From contig NMRA01000019.1 in the NCBI GenBank assembly GCA_002633005.1, positions 400,057 to 464,056 on the forward strand: a stretch of 64,000 nt of DNA, written 5' to 3'. Positions 1 to 12,356 of the stretch are shown here, piece by piece (the stretch's first letter is position 1; the number at the start of each line of letters is the position of its first letter). The translations under genes and the position numbers were made by a program. This DNA is from Phoronis australis (Eukaryota > Animalia > Phoronida). The notes beneath the pieces are model-generated. The model saw nothing but the letters and a program-made list of their open reading frames with translations, had not been told where the DNA came from and did no database searches.

Positions 1-78
1 ACGCGTTGTTTTGTATGTGTACTTAGATTCTTTTAACAGTATTAATATCAGAGATGCGTTGTTCGAACAAGACTTAGT

Positions 79-84
79 TTTATT
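79..84 (-). terminator. Probable polyadenylation signal of the LPMO gene
   Basis: AATAAA on the minus strand about 75 nt downstream of the stop codon. Confidence 0.5.
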
Positions 85-157
85 AATTCCCATCAATCAC
101 ATTACATATCCTTAGATAAATTTGGATTGGTCACAATTACTCAGCCGTTCTCTTTAA

Positions 158-441
158 TCAGATGATGACACACTTGCAAAGATCGGCGGGGCAGTTGCTT
201 GGACAGTTGTTGGAGCACCAATTGTCCATGTTGCGGTCACCTGTCCACGCTCCTGCGCCCATGTATTTGGAACAACTCCCGCTGTTTGTAACCTGCGTTG
301 GTGTAGTCGTGCTCGGAATAGACGGGGTTGGCACTGTGCCGCCATAATCACTAATCCTAACATCTGAGCATGCGTAAAACTCTTCCTGGTATCCTTTGCC
401 GATGTCACACTTGCCGTCTGGATCGCATCCCCAGCTGTTTC
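158..441 (-). CDS. AA15 LPMO exon 5: end of catalytic domain, Thr/Pro linker, Cys-rich C-terminal module
   Basis: tctgtacAG acceptor (phase 1), GNSWGCDPDGKCDIGKGYQEEFYACSDVRI, linker TVPTPSIPSTTTPTQVT, then CSKYMGAGAWTGDRNMDNWCSNNCPSNCPADLCKC, TGA at 160-158. Corrected protein about 276 aa. Confidence 0.93.
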
Positions 442-981
442 CTGTACAGATAAATGTAAAGTACAGCACGTTATTCTAGAAATATGGTAACTGTCATCAG
501 CTTACTCATTTTAAAGGCACATCCTGTACACGTTTGGCTAATTTCGTCTTCTTAGAAAGAGGAGCCGTGTAGGCCTAGTCCTCATTCTTTATGCACAGCG
601 CCCGGGTAATTTTAGGAATAAACCCCGCATATACTTTTTAACTCGAGTCGACTGATACATCAAAACATGCGTATTTATTTCACCATTAGCATGGCAAGTA
701 GCGCGGTTCGTTCCTTTCTACAACTTCCCGTGCATTTGCATCGGTGTGTTCGCCTGTCGATTCTGGTATTTTACAGATCTGTATGTGAATTGTATGTGTT
801 TGATTAATAAACACTTTCTGAAGCTCTTTCTCGTATCTTATGCATAGATCATGTTTTCTTAAAGAATAATTTACACTTGAAACCATTGCCAACGGACTCC
901 CATGAGAGGTTGACGTACTTATGTTGGTGCGTGACTTTCGAAAACAGTCCGGCTTGCAAACTACAACAGTGATCAGATCTG

Positions 982-1382
982 GGCCCGGTCTCCAATCTTT
1001 TTACTCGAAATGGAACTCGAAATTAGGTTTGGCATTTTCTACTCTACTTTTGGGCGAACTCAAGATAAGTGTCTATTATTCTATGCTCGAGTACACAATA
1101 ACTTACTTAGATAATTTATTGCCCTTAGTTCACAGTTTGTAAACCCAATATTAAAGCAATAAGTTCGAGTTTGAACTCGAAATTTCGAGTTTTTACTCGA
1201 GTTTGTAGCACAAATATAAGGGTTTTCAAGGGCAAACTTGAACTAGAAGCTCCTATGCATAAACTATAATGTATTCGAGCACAGTCTGATAACCAATTAT
1301 CTTAAGTTCGCACAAAAGGAGCAGAGAAATTGCCAAAAAGAGTTTCGAGTTCGTTTCGAGTACAAAGATTAGAGATCGGGCC
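982..1382. mobile_element. PIF/Harbinger-like MITE
   Basis: TIRs GGCCCGGTCTCCAATCTTT / AAAGATTAGAGATCGGGCC, with CTG on both flanks (979-981, 1383-1385). Related CTCGA-rich sequence recurs at about 10100-10437. Confidence 0.7.
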
Positions 1383-1606
1383 CTGGCCTGTGTGTTGTGG
1401 GGGAACTACATAATTAATAGCCACTTTGCGTTGGAAGACACTGTCAGTATAAAATAAGTTCATGAAACGAAGGAAACATACCCTTAATTAACATTTTTCT
1501 GATATTGATATTGATGTGATGAGTTTAGCGTAGCAATAGTCCTGCCAGTGCTTTGAAACCACAAGCCACGAAGTACATTGTACCTGGGGTGCATTGTCAG
1601 ACTTAT

Positions 1607-1883
1607 TAGTGGCGGATTTAGGGGGGNNNNNNNNNNNNNNNNNNNNNNNNNNNNNNNNGCACATGCGCACAACCAGGGGGGGGGGGCTTGGGGGGTGAAT
1701 TGACAACGCATAGGCCTTAAATAAACCCCGTTTACCTTTTTTTTCTTAGTCAACAGGTCCGCAAACCCAAGAATTCAAGACCCCTGCATCTCCAGATTTT
1801 AGGCTGGGCGCGCGCATCTGCCGAAATACTGCTTATTCCTGTGCCCTGCCCCCACCTAACTCAAAATCCTGGATCCGACCCTG
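1607..1883. mobile_element. MITE of the (C/T)AGTGGCGGAT family, containing an assembly gap (N 1627-1658)
   Basis: Ends TAGTGGCGGATTTAGG / CCTGGATCCGACCCTG; flanks CTTAT / CTTAG. Confidence 0.6.
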
Positions 1884-2138
1884 CTTAGTTCTTGAAGAAT
1901 GTAGTACGTTAAATCGTCAAAACTAGTGGTTTTCATTTAACGCCCCACGTTACAAAACCTTACCGTTTGGTTTCAATCCCAGTGCACAGCGTTTCGTAAA
2001 TCGAGGTAAAATCCATTTTATTGATTTTTAATAATAGCGTTATTATTATTATTAATATTAATTTTTTAAATTTATTTATTGAGGACACAATACATGTTTA
2101 GCAAAGTGCTAATACATCATGGTCCTCAAAGATTTTAA

Positions 2139-4126
2139 AGGACAATGCCACCCGATTTAATTAGTCTTTTTTGCCGTCTTAATCGGTCTATATCCACATC
2201 GCCTCGCATACGGTCGACCTTACCATGCCAAGAGGTGTCGCATTAACCTGTGAGGAAAGTGAGAAACGACGCTAGCGACGTCAGTGGTTCATCTGCAGAG
2301 TGAATGCCGCTATGTTGCGGTGCATCGTTCCCGCTTGTCCGAACTATGCAGCTGCGAGGAAAGCGGGTATGTCGTTTTTTTTCGACTTCCTCGAGAGACC
2401 GAAATGCTTAGGAAGTGGCTCGTGGTAGTGAAGAATGAAAAGTACGCTGTAAATACAGTGGCGGATCTAGGATATCATAAGAGGTGGCCCAAGATGTTGC
2501 CTCGGAGAATTGGGCAAAGCGCGATTGTATGCACAGGCGGCCCGAAAAGTTGCGGGGGCTGGCGATGTGGACTCTGGTGTACCCAAATTCTATCGGAGGT
2601 CTAAAAAAAACGGGCGGGAACGCGGTTCCGCCGCGCTCTGGGGCCCCCCGCTGCCATTCCAAATTGATGCACTCGATATATTTCTTCACCCTGCCGCTGT
2701 TTAATTTTCCTTGCACCAGCCAAGGGGGGTGGCGGGCCCCCTGGGCCCCTCCCCTAAATCCGCTTATGAAATAGCAAGTATGAAGCCGTGACACATCTCC
2801 GTGTCTGTGGCCTGCAGTCGTCGACAGTGTCTGACGAATGCCGGCATACCAAATAACTCATACGTTCCGTTGTCTGAGCTTGTTCACGGCGCCTCTCTAG
2901 TATTTCTTCATCACTGTATTCCTGTTCGAATTGATAGTCTGTGAAACTTAACGATCCACCAGCGAAGTCTTCGTAGGGATCGACTGATGAGCTCTCGTCG
3001 AAGTCGAGATTGCGAGTTGTCATGTTGATGTTTATTACTGAGCGTTATGTTTCAAAATGAATTATTCTCACCCTAACCAATACTTATAAAAACAGAAACA
3101 AAGTCTGTCTCAGTAGATGCAATTTGTAATGCCTTTGGAATGTTCGCGAGTGCAAATGATTTGAGAAGCCAGCAATGAATAAATCACTGCGATACCGGCT
3201 GTATGTGCAATAAAACTAGTTGACGGGACACCGAGGCCGTGTGAGCTCATGCTAATTTAGTGTTTGCTGGCAGAAACTGTTGTGAAACAACTGAATCGAT
3301 TTCCACCCCACGGCTTGGTGTTAGGGGAGTCTTTATTTACATTTACATTATTAAAATAATGATTGTCAATGTACAACTTCTGCCCTGACGGTGCTGTGGC
3401 CAAAGCGGAACCTAAATTCTCGGCTCCCGACGCATAGATTTGCAGTAATTTCGTGAGTAATTCACGTGCGCATTAATTTGGCTCACTGGTATAGTATTTT
3501 CTTGACTGGAAGTTTAGCTTCCAACTTTGGTTGGTTTATATTCGTGATATCTGATCAGTTTCCGAGCCACTGGCCGGGATAACGAGTCAATCCGGCTGGC
3601 CGCGACGGGCCTGATCGGGCTCCGAGCCACTGACCAGGATAACAAGCGTTTCGAGTGTTTAGAACTCAAAAAATAACAAGTCTAAACAACACAGATCTAG
3701 GTTCTCCTGCCTGTATCTCACAGAAAAATACTTAGACTTTATCTCCGAACAGACCCCAATTGCTACGGACCTTATTGGCCTGCCGAACTTTGTAGGGCTA
3801 CGGAGTGTCCAAACACCAATAAATCCGTAACAGCGAAATAAAACAACACGTTTTTATAAGAACTCGGTGTATTTTTGAGGGTTTTATGTCGAAGTTTGAT
3901 GATTTATTGGTGTTAAACGACGAATTCAAGCGATAAGCTGACACCAGTAACCCGTGTTATGAACTGCTGAACAGACTACGTGTGAAACCAATTACGTCAT
4001 TGGATAATTTCAACACCTCCGTCTGCCGTCAGGTGTCAGGTAACGCTACCGTACGTGCCGTTATGGAGTAGAACTACTCGATCTAAATTGATACAAATTA
4101 GATTGTTCTTTGGGTGGCATGCTCCT
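2139..4126 (+). mobile_element. Non-autonomous Kolobok DNA transposon, copy A
   Basis: TTAA at 2135-2138 and 4127-4130; TIRs AGGACAATGCCACCC / GGGTGGCATGCTCCT. THAP-like remnant on + (FFRLPRETEMLRKWL, about 2300-2450) faces a KolX/P2X7-tail-like N-terminus on - (YQFEQEYSDEEILERR, about 2860-3023). Confidence 0.8.
2456..2768. mobile_element. CAGTGGCGGATCTAGG MITE nested in Kolobok copy A, 5-bp TSD
   Basis: AAATA duplicated at 2451-2455 and 2769-2773; the empty site has a single copy in Kolobok copy B (43109-43113). Partial relatives at about 5090-5199 and 37145-37350. Confidence 0.85.
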
Positions 4127-7100
4127 TTAAAATCATCTCATTTATGGTTCAATGTTATCATCGGGCTTTCCATAGTGGACGGCGAGTGCTGTCCCAAAAG
4201 GATGTTAAAGGGGCTCCTACATGTATGTTCAGCTTTAAGGATATTGTGAGGAACGTCTTGAGAGCTGTGCATGCAGAGTGGGCCTACTTTTTGGAGACGG
4301 AGAGGTTGAGATTTAAAATCTTGTTTAGGCGTGCTCCAACTTCAAAAATTGATTATTTCTGAGCTATCGGCAAGCACTGTATTATTTGTAAATATAACTA
4401 TATCCATCTGTAGTTTGCCACGAAGAACTGAATGCAGACCGCAATATTGTCTCTGACTTGTTGAAAACATTCCTTGTCAAAGAACTGGGGATCGTTCCAT
4501 GATGATGTGTAAGTTCAAAAATTGCGTTAAGTTGAACTCTGGAGGCTGGCATTTTTCGAGAACTAACGAGCAGTCTGCTACGGTCACCGGGTCATTAGAA
4601 TAGCTGGAAACGGACATACAAAACACGTAACGATTTTATGTGGAATGCGCCCCAATATTCTTAGAAAAGCACAGTGATTTAACAGTATGATTTAAACAAG
4701 GTTTCATTGAAAGTGGATTGCATGGAACAAAAACTGCCAACGTCAAAGTCAGGGATGTTTAATATGAGCATCTAATGCAATGCATCAAAAGAATTAATAT
4801 ACCAAATTCCCTTATCTGCGAGCTGTAACACAAAAAGTGGCGCCTCATGAGACACGTGACTTCACGTCCATTAATAATAGAATGTCCGATCTGTGTCCTT
4901 ATTTAAATGTACTTCGAACAAACCATTGTCCAAATAGCAACTTTAATTCACATCTTATCTTAAAAGATAATGAAAAGAGTAGCCCGTGTTTTTATAGTCC
5001 GAAAGGCCGACAGTCAGCTTTTCGGCACTACTACCCCTTTAAACTATCGACGTAGACCAGGTTTTAGCAAAATGACCAAACCCCCCTCCCGACCTCCCCC
5101 CATTCAGTGCTATACGCATCTACAATCGGGGTTTGCGCAAATGCTTACAGCCGGACAAATTGTTGGGCCCCCCCTTGTGATATCCTAGATCCACCACTGG
5201 ACTACCAGGAGGTGAAAGCGCATTCCTGCGTACTTTGCAGAAAATCGTCACCGGCATTATTGGCCGTTGAAAATGTACAATAGAAAAAACATCCAAACAC
5301 GGCGATGTTTCAACAAACAAAAACAAGTTTTATCTCAAAACAGTGAGCTCCACACATCAATTGCAATAACGCGCACCTGTGCTTGATTTTGCTGCCTGGA
5401 CACAGTAACCGGCGAAGTAATCCCTTTGCGGTTGCCGCCGTGACTCTTCGCTGGGTAAATAATCACTTGCTAAACTGGCTTTGATTTTCAATTATTACGG
5501 AAAATATACTTTAAAACGTGACAGAAACTTACAATATATACTTCTGCTGTCTAAATATAAAAACTGCGCGATTGAAAACCCAAACAGGTGTGGGGAGTGT
5601 TAGGAGCATGACGCAGTATTTTGTAATCTCTTTGTCACACGAATTTCACCCATTCAAGGCCCGGGCAGCTAATTAATGTGAACATCTTGCGCCGCGGAAT
5701 ACAGATGTCCGCGGCGCCAGGGGGCCGGGATCCGCCGGGCAGTAGCTTATATGAATGCTACTGGCGGAGTGGGAATTATTGCTTTTACTTTAAACTCATT
5801 AATACTTATATTATACCATTTTGCACCATGGCAAGTTTTCTTTCTGAATTTTTTTTCGCCACCAAGTGGTATTCTGTCGTTCATTGTTGGCTGTCAGCCG
5901 CCCGGCCGTAACAGAAGTCGCGGTATCTAAGTTCCCTGTCTAAATTTATTTTCGATATTTTCACAAGTTTAATCGTTATGCTATTCTAACTGTATAGCAA
6001 TTTTTTCAATTATTTTGATATTGCATGCTCGTTGTTATATTTATGCTGTTTGTTTACCAGAGTAATTACACCCAGTAATGCACGCTTAGCCTAGACGCCA
6101 CAGTTGGCCTTGCTATTCAATCGTTGAAACAGGACTGTGACTAGACTCAATTTTATGCAAGTGTCTGAAACTATCTTTGTATACGGCACTGATGATTTGA
6201 ACCATTTATTCCGATAAAACAGCCTACGACCACATGCCTTCGCCTTTTGCCAGTGCTGGTCTCGGCCCACACCGGGTCATCGGCTGCAGGTCCTAGTCCG
6301 GCAAAATAATTTCAGTCAAAATTTATTTGCCACATTTCGTCAACAATTTCAATACAGATTGTCCCTATTTTGGATTTAGTAAAGTTAAGGTCTGCTGGCG
6401 ATTATTTCTTCCCCGTTTTCAGGCTGGTAGAAGGCACTGCTCCAGTCGCAAAGCCTGGGTTCCTGAAGGAATTATACTTCTGGTTTCGCGGTTAGTTCAA
6501 AATGGCGATGTGTACCCCGGGTCAGAATCATGAGTGGTGCGTATATTTAACTATCTTCAAGTACGAATTGTGTATTGGTTATGAGAAAGGTACTGCTTGG
6601 TTCCTTTTAACTTCTTCTAATAACCATTTAATAAGGATTAAAAACTTGTGCTACTAGGACTTTAAGGATTTCTCTGTGCAACCTCTTTCTTCTTTTCCAG
6701 GCGTAAACTGTATTCATCCATCACTTTTACAATTTACCATGAAATAAATGAAATTTACCGAGGTTGGAAATCTTCGAAACACGTGCATCTTCCTGAGGTA
6801 GTCATGCCCCACAAACAAGAACAATTAATGCAATTCATCTGCAAAGCAACTCAGTTTCTCGTACAGAAAAGGCATATTCCACATTACATCTTCATGAATT
6901 TGTCGTTTACATTCAGTACCCGCTTAGATCGACTAATTATCCAGCGTGTCCAGACAGTTCATTTTCATTATTATTCTTTATGGCACAAGTCTAACCAGCG
7001 AGGACTTCCTTTGTTGTCAGTCAAAGAGCTGAAGTCAACTTGATTTCCGATTACTGTGATTTGAACACCGATTATTGTTTTATTTGTGAAATCGTTAATT

Positions 7101-7599
7101 CTTAAAAATGTGTAGTTTTTCCAAAAGCAGTTTTATAGGCATACTTCTTTATAAAATTTGATGACCCTGCTCGCAACCCTCGATAACTCTGTAAACACAG
7201 TTTGAATGATTATCGCTGACCGAAATTAAGACCAGACGCCTCCAACTTAACGTTGTGCACGATAGTGGCCGGGGTACCTGTCTCTCGCTTGTACATTGGT
7301 TTCAAATAACAAATTCGTGTAAGGTATCATCAGCAGTGCATATTACTTCCAACTGTGGTGTCCACAACGAAATACCGAGGTAGTTTGGATGAAAGCTCAT
7401 GGCAAACTGAATTTTATGCATGGTTATACTGCAAAGTTTTCATTAAACTTTGTAAAAGAGTAAAACTTTCTGTTATTCTGAGCATCTGAATACCAACTTT
7501 GTAAATAAAAGTCGTTGTGAAAACAGCATCAAAAATTTTCCTTCGCAAACTCTACCCTGGTTTAGACAGACTTCATGGAAACCATATTTCAATGTTTTT

Positions 7600-8400
7600 A
7601 ACTGATGGTACCTAATGTATAGCTAGACCTGGCACAATTTTTATAGCGCACGTCATAAGCCGCCATCGTGTATCTGTCAGACGCCATCTTAAAAATTTTA
7701 AGCCATAATTTAAGCAGTGTTACACAATACCTAGTATACTGAGAGATTCTTCCGCATTCACTTAAAATAGCAGCATTAGAGCAGGCGGTTGCTACTCTAA
7801 GAAACATTTTACAAAAAAGTAAATGCACCTTCTCAATGATACCGTGCTCCTAGAAATCCTCATATTTCTGAGCCAAGACATAGTGACGGGTGTATCAGTT
7901 TGTCAAATAATTTTAATTACTCTTAAAAGAATATAGTTGTATATGGAAATTGCCTGCATCGCCAATGAAGCCTGCTGATGGCAGTCATAGACTTTCCACC
8001 TTGTCTAGCAAGGTCTGTTGTTGCTTTAGTCCAAGCCAATCTGGGAGTAATCAAGAGGCCCAAATACTTGTAGTGGCGACCACTTATTCCTTATCAAAGA
8101 ACCACCTTTCATTATTTCGCAATGGACCTTCGTTTCTAAATATATTTTTATATTTTCAAGGTTTACTGACATACCCCACGTCCTACAATAACTATTTAAA
8201 CAATCCATGATGCTCTGAAGTGCTCGCACACAACACCATACTGTCTGCATACAATATCTGGTGTGTCATATATTATAGTCCTTGTATATTAGGGGTTTTA
8301 AGATTTTTGTACATCGAAATAAGAAAGGACTTATCATACACACCTGCCGTGTACCTATTTTACAACGTTGAGACCTTGTGGTGTTTTCGTGTAAATACAA
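7600..8400 (-). mobile_element. Degraded LINE reverse transcriptase and C-terminal fragment (CR1/L2-group-like)
   Basis: Broken frames give GTRQVCMISPFLF (cf. GVRQGC.LSP.LF), LQSIMDCLNSYCRTWGMSVNL and HLLFCKMFLRV...NAAILSECGR. Confidence 0.7.
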
Positions 8401-10786
8401 TGCAATATTCCTGCCTAATGCTGTTTTAAAATACAAGTACATGCTAATTTTTCCGTATTCATAAGACATGCTTTGGAGCCCAATGACGCATGCGCAGGAA
8501 ACCCCAAAAAAGTGTTTTAGTACCCGCGCGTTGTTTAGGTATACGTGCCCCCACTACGTTCCAAAGCATCGTGTATCTCTGCACATAGAAGTATGAAAAT
8601 TACACCCGAGTACGAAATTTCGTATATTTTCGGAGTAGTGAACCTACGGAGTAGAGAAAGCAGATTGTTCCCATTTTTGCTGTATTTCAAACAAATTATC
8701 ATAGCCTTAGCTTTTTTCAATTTCAACAGCCAAACCGTTCAAAAGATCGCCAGTTGTAGTCCGTGATATCTATTATATAAAAGGCATCGTTTGCACAAAC
8801 TCCGTCTCTCCAGCCGCACTACAGACCTTCGTTTCGGCACTGCCTTGGTCCCAGGCATTGCACCGGTCCCCTATTTGGAATAGAGGTGTTCTATTTTTTC
8901 TCGCGTGCCGTTTTTCGCGGTCGCGGAGGGAGGGTGGCCAGTTTCGTACTGGCCTTGGTGACGTCACTCCGTCGGCTTAATTTCACACCCTCAGGCTTCT
9001 GTCGCGTATATGATTCATTGGGCCTGTCGCCGCCAAAATTATTGATGCCTCATTAAAAAAATTTTACTCTTCCTTGAGAAAACTAAATTATTTACCCGGC
9101 TGTTGGAAAACTGACGTTCTTCAGTTATTCTGCTGCTAAAATTGCGATCCGCTCTTTGGGCGCCATATTGCGTCAACTATTGGCCAATTTCCATGTTCTT
9201 CAATCAACTGCGGGTTGCGTAATGTCATAACAATTGAAAGTGGTTTCATTTCGTTACAAGTTTTTACTATTTTAATACCAAAAACCCCAATTTCAGAACA
9301 AACTTTCGAGAGATATCGCAAAATTTTAGGAATTAGTTGCGCGTGTTACGAGTATGCACTGTTTTCAAAACGACGGCAGGTCGGATTTTCCATTGTTACA
9401 AAAGGCGGAGAATTTCAAAAAATAACGTTTATTAGATTTTTTTACTTCTATAAACGGCTGTAACGGGCAACGGGAATGTCGGTTCATTCCCAGATTCTGC
9501 ATGCACTCCTGCAGGTTGTTAGCTCTAAGTTTCACGACGAGGTGACGAGCTCAGCACCCGCCTGTGAAATCGGTGTCTAACGGAGCTCTCACACGGCTAC
9601 GTAGTTGCATGTTGATGATAGTCTTCATACAGCTAGCTGGCTTTCGACCTCAGTATGTACATTTATGATGAAACTTTTGTAAATACATCTATATACTTTG
9701 TGGACGAGCTCTTCAGTTAAGAATTCAACAGTGATAGCTAAACAGCGGCGAAATTAAATGCCGGTTTAACAAGGATTTTATGCGTAGGGATACACATACA
9801 GTGTATTATGAGGAAAATGAGCCCAATGCAGTGGCGTCTAGTGCCAGTGGACTCGGGACTACAGAATCTTAAAAACAGCATTAAAGGAACTACTCTTAGA
9901 CAGCTACGAACACACTAACACTTGGCTGTGTGTCAGGCGAGATCCTGCAAGTCTTCACGAGAGCCTCACCGAGCATTCAGTCACGTAGTCTATAGACAAA
10001 GCACATGATTCCATTAGCTTTCATTAACCAATATTTTATGTTATGGATCGGGTTCCTAAGCAATAGCAGCATGATGAAACGAAACCTAATTGTTGGCATT
10101 TTCAAGTTATAAATATACTTTTGTGCTGACTAAAAATTCGCGTCTATTATTGTGTGCTCGAGAACATTATTACTAGATGAACCCTAAATCTGTGCTACAA
10201 TGTTGACTAAAAACTCGAGATTTCGGGTTTAAAATCGAAATTTCGAGTTCACAAGACTCCAACTTTTAGCCTTATGCTGGGATCATTAAGTGCAAAATGG
10301 GACTCCATGACAGTTATTCACTGTCATTGCGGGGTACTCGAGTATAGAATAATAGATAATTAACTTTAGTTCGCACCATGCAGTAGAATAGAAAATACAA
10401 AAAAGCATTTCGAGCTCTAAGATTAGACCCGAGCCTGGTGTATTAGGAGTTTTCGAGAAGAAACGTGAGTCATGTCCGAGTCTTTGGTAGGGCCTTACAG
10501 ATCGATATTGATAGGTAGCTGTAATTCAACTAATTGCAGCGCCCCTATGTTATTTTTTCTCTTACTTTTACAAATACTGACAATAGGAGGCACTAAAGCA
10601 TGTACGAAGGAAGATGAAATGATGACTTCATGCATGATATTTCAGATGATCAAAACAAATTCAACTATTCCAAGCCACCTCTGCGCCACCTGTGGATAGG
10701 TAGACGAAGCATATACATGCTGGAGACGTTAAAGCATATTAGTACGAAGATAGATGGAACAACTAACTTGTCATCTGAGAGCTTAC

Positions 10787-10930
10787 CAGTGTGGTATTTC
10801 CATTGTAAGACACATTGGTCACATACGAGGTTCCCGGGCAGTTTCACTTTGGCGCGTACCGTCAAGAGTTGGCCAGCAGAGTAGTCCACGCCGATAACGA
10901 AAGGAACCACTTTGAAACGGTAGGGGATAC
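10787..10930 (-). CDS. AA15 LPMO exon 4 (apparent +1 frameshift near 10890-10893)
   Basis: tttataacAG acceptor; (R)YPLPFQSGSFRY in the entry frame, then VDYSAGQLLTVRAKVKLPGNLVCDQCVLQWKYHT(G) in the +1 frame; GTAAGC donor. LP...C..CVLQWKY is an AA15 motif. The 144-nt length does not fit the required phase 2 to phase 1. Confidence 0.88.
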
Positions 10931-11232
10931 CTGTTATAAAATGGTGACGTGAGAATTATAGAAATGACTGTATCTCAACACAAATAAAACAGTAATAGGC
11001 GGGGGAGAAAGAGAGTGACGGAGGAGCTGAAAAATTGTATATGTCACTGTCTTGACTTGGGAGCACCGAATTAACCAAAGTAATGCGTAGGTTTAGAGCC
11101 ATATCAATATGAGGGTCTAGCAACCTTAATCCCTCACGGACCGCAAGGGCGCCGTTTATGAGTGTTCTTTTTTCATGAGCTACAGTTCTTTTCTCTATGC
11201 CACACGAGCTGCTGTTCTTTCCTCTATGCCAC

Positions 11233-11757
11233 CATAGACTACAGTACATGGACCGCCAGGAGACGAAATCTGTGATCTTACGCATAAGCCGTGACGTCAT
11301 TATTTACTAGCGACACCTGGCATGTGTTCAGTAACGCTAGGACCAACGCTAGGACCTAGCTAAAATCTAAAATAAGTGTTATCATTTTAAATACACAGCA
11401 ATATCTCACGTAATCTCGCGAAGCCTTGCTTTTTAGCGAGTACCTAGCGTTACTGAACGGGAGGCTGGCAAAATTAGCAAGTTTTACTTCCGACAAGTAT
11501 GTCGTCTGCTAGACATGATCGGCTGTTGTGTGATCGAGTGCTAAAAGTATTCATGATACCAACAGTTCTGTTATTGGAAGACTTTGAAAAGCGTTTCAGT
11601 GCCGAAATTATTTTGTTTTCGTTGTACTGGACAATAAAATAGATGCGAGAATTTCCCGTCGCAATACACTAACCGGAAACTGAAATTGGTAATTTAGGAG
11701 AGTGGCGCCTCCTCTAGAAAAATGTCGGAATTGCAAATCTGTCCTCTATAATCTATG
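11233..11757. mobile_element. P-element-like MITE in LPMO intron 3
   Basis: Termini CATAGACTACAG / CTATAATCTATG with a perfect 7-bp TSD ATGCCAC (11226-11232, 11758-11764). Confidence 0.8.
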
Positions 11758-12246
11758 ATGCCACAAGAGCTTCAGCTCTTTTCTTTATGCTCTCACTGGT
11801 ACATTTTTTTCTCATGACCCACATACTTTCCCATGCAGTTGGGGTGTTCAGACAGATTTGATTGGTATAACTTCTGACCACGCCCGAGACCTATGTCACT
11901 AGTCAACAGAAAAGTGTTAAACAGAAATAGCCCGAGTTTGTAAGGACTGAATGCGGTTGATGAGAAAAGAACTACAACTTGAAAGAAATTAACTGTGTGA
12001 ATAAGAAAAAGACGCTGTTGACGTCCACGCCCGAGCGCGCCATAGGGAGGAAGATTGTCTATTTTGAATAAACCAAAAGTCGCGAAGAAAACTTAGTATT
12101 AATGTAGCAATAAATCGATAGAATACGCCAAAACTTCTTTTCTGTGAAGTTGAATTAGCCACCGATGTATACATGAATGCAAGCGTACAGAGCGGAGTGC
12201 GTTGTGTATATTCAGTTCGATTTTGTGTTCAGCGATGACACTTTAC

Positions 12247-12356
12247 CTGTCTAGACACTCATGAGTCGCTTTGACTGTTTTGTCTTTGACTGGACAAATT
12301 TTGAAGGAGATCCACCCTCCATGATTTGCAGTGATTTGAGCTTGGACATCAATCCA
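12247..12356 (-). CDS. AA15 LPMO exon 3 (second copper His)
   Basis: ttttcttctAG acceptor, WIDVQAQITANHGGWISFKICPVKDKTVKATHECLD(R), GTAAAG donor; 110 nt, phase 0-2. ITANHGG motif. Confidence 0.93.

Noticed and set aside
1627-1658. N-run and X-containing ORFs
   Set aside because: Assembly gap within a G-rich MITE tract.
6320-7480. Possible decayed coding sequence on the minus strand
   Set aside because: Many stops in the frames I read and no assignable motif.
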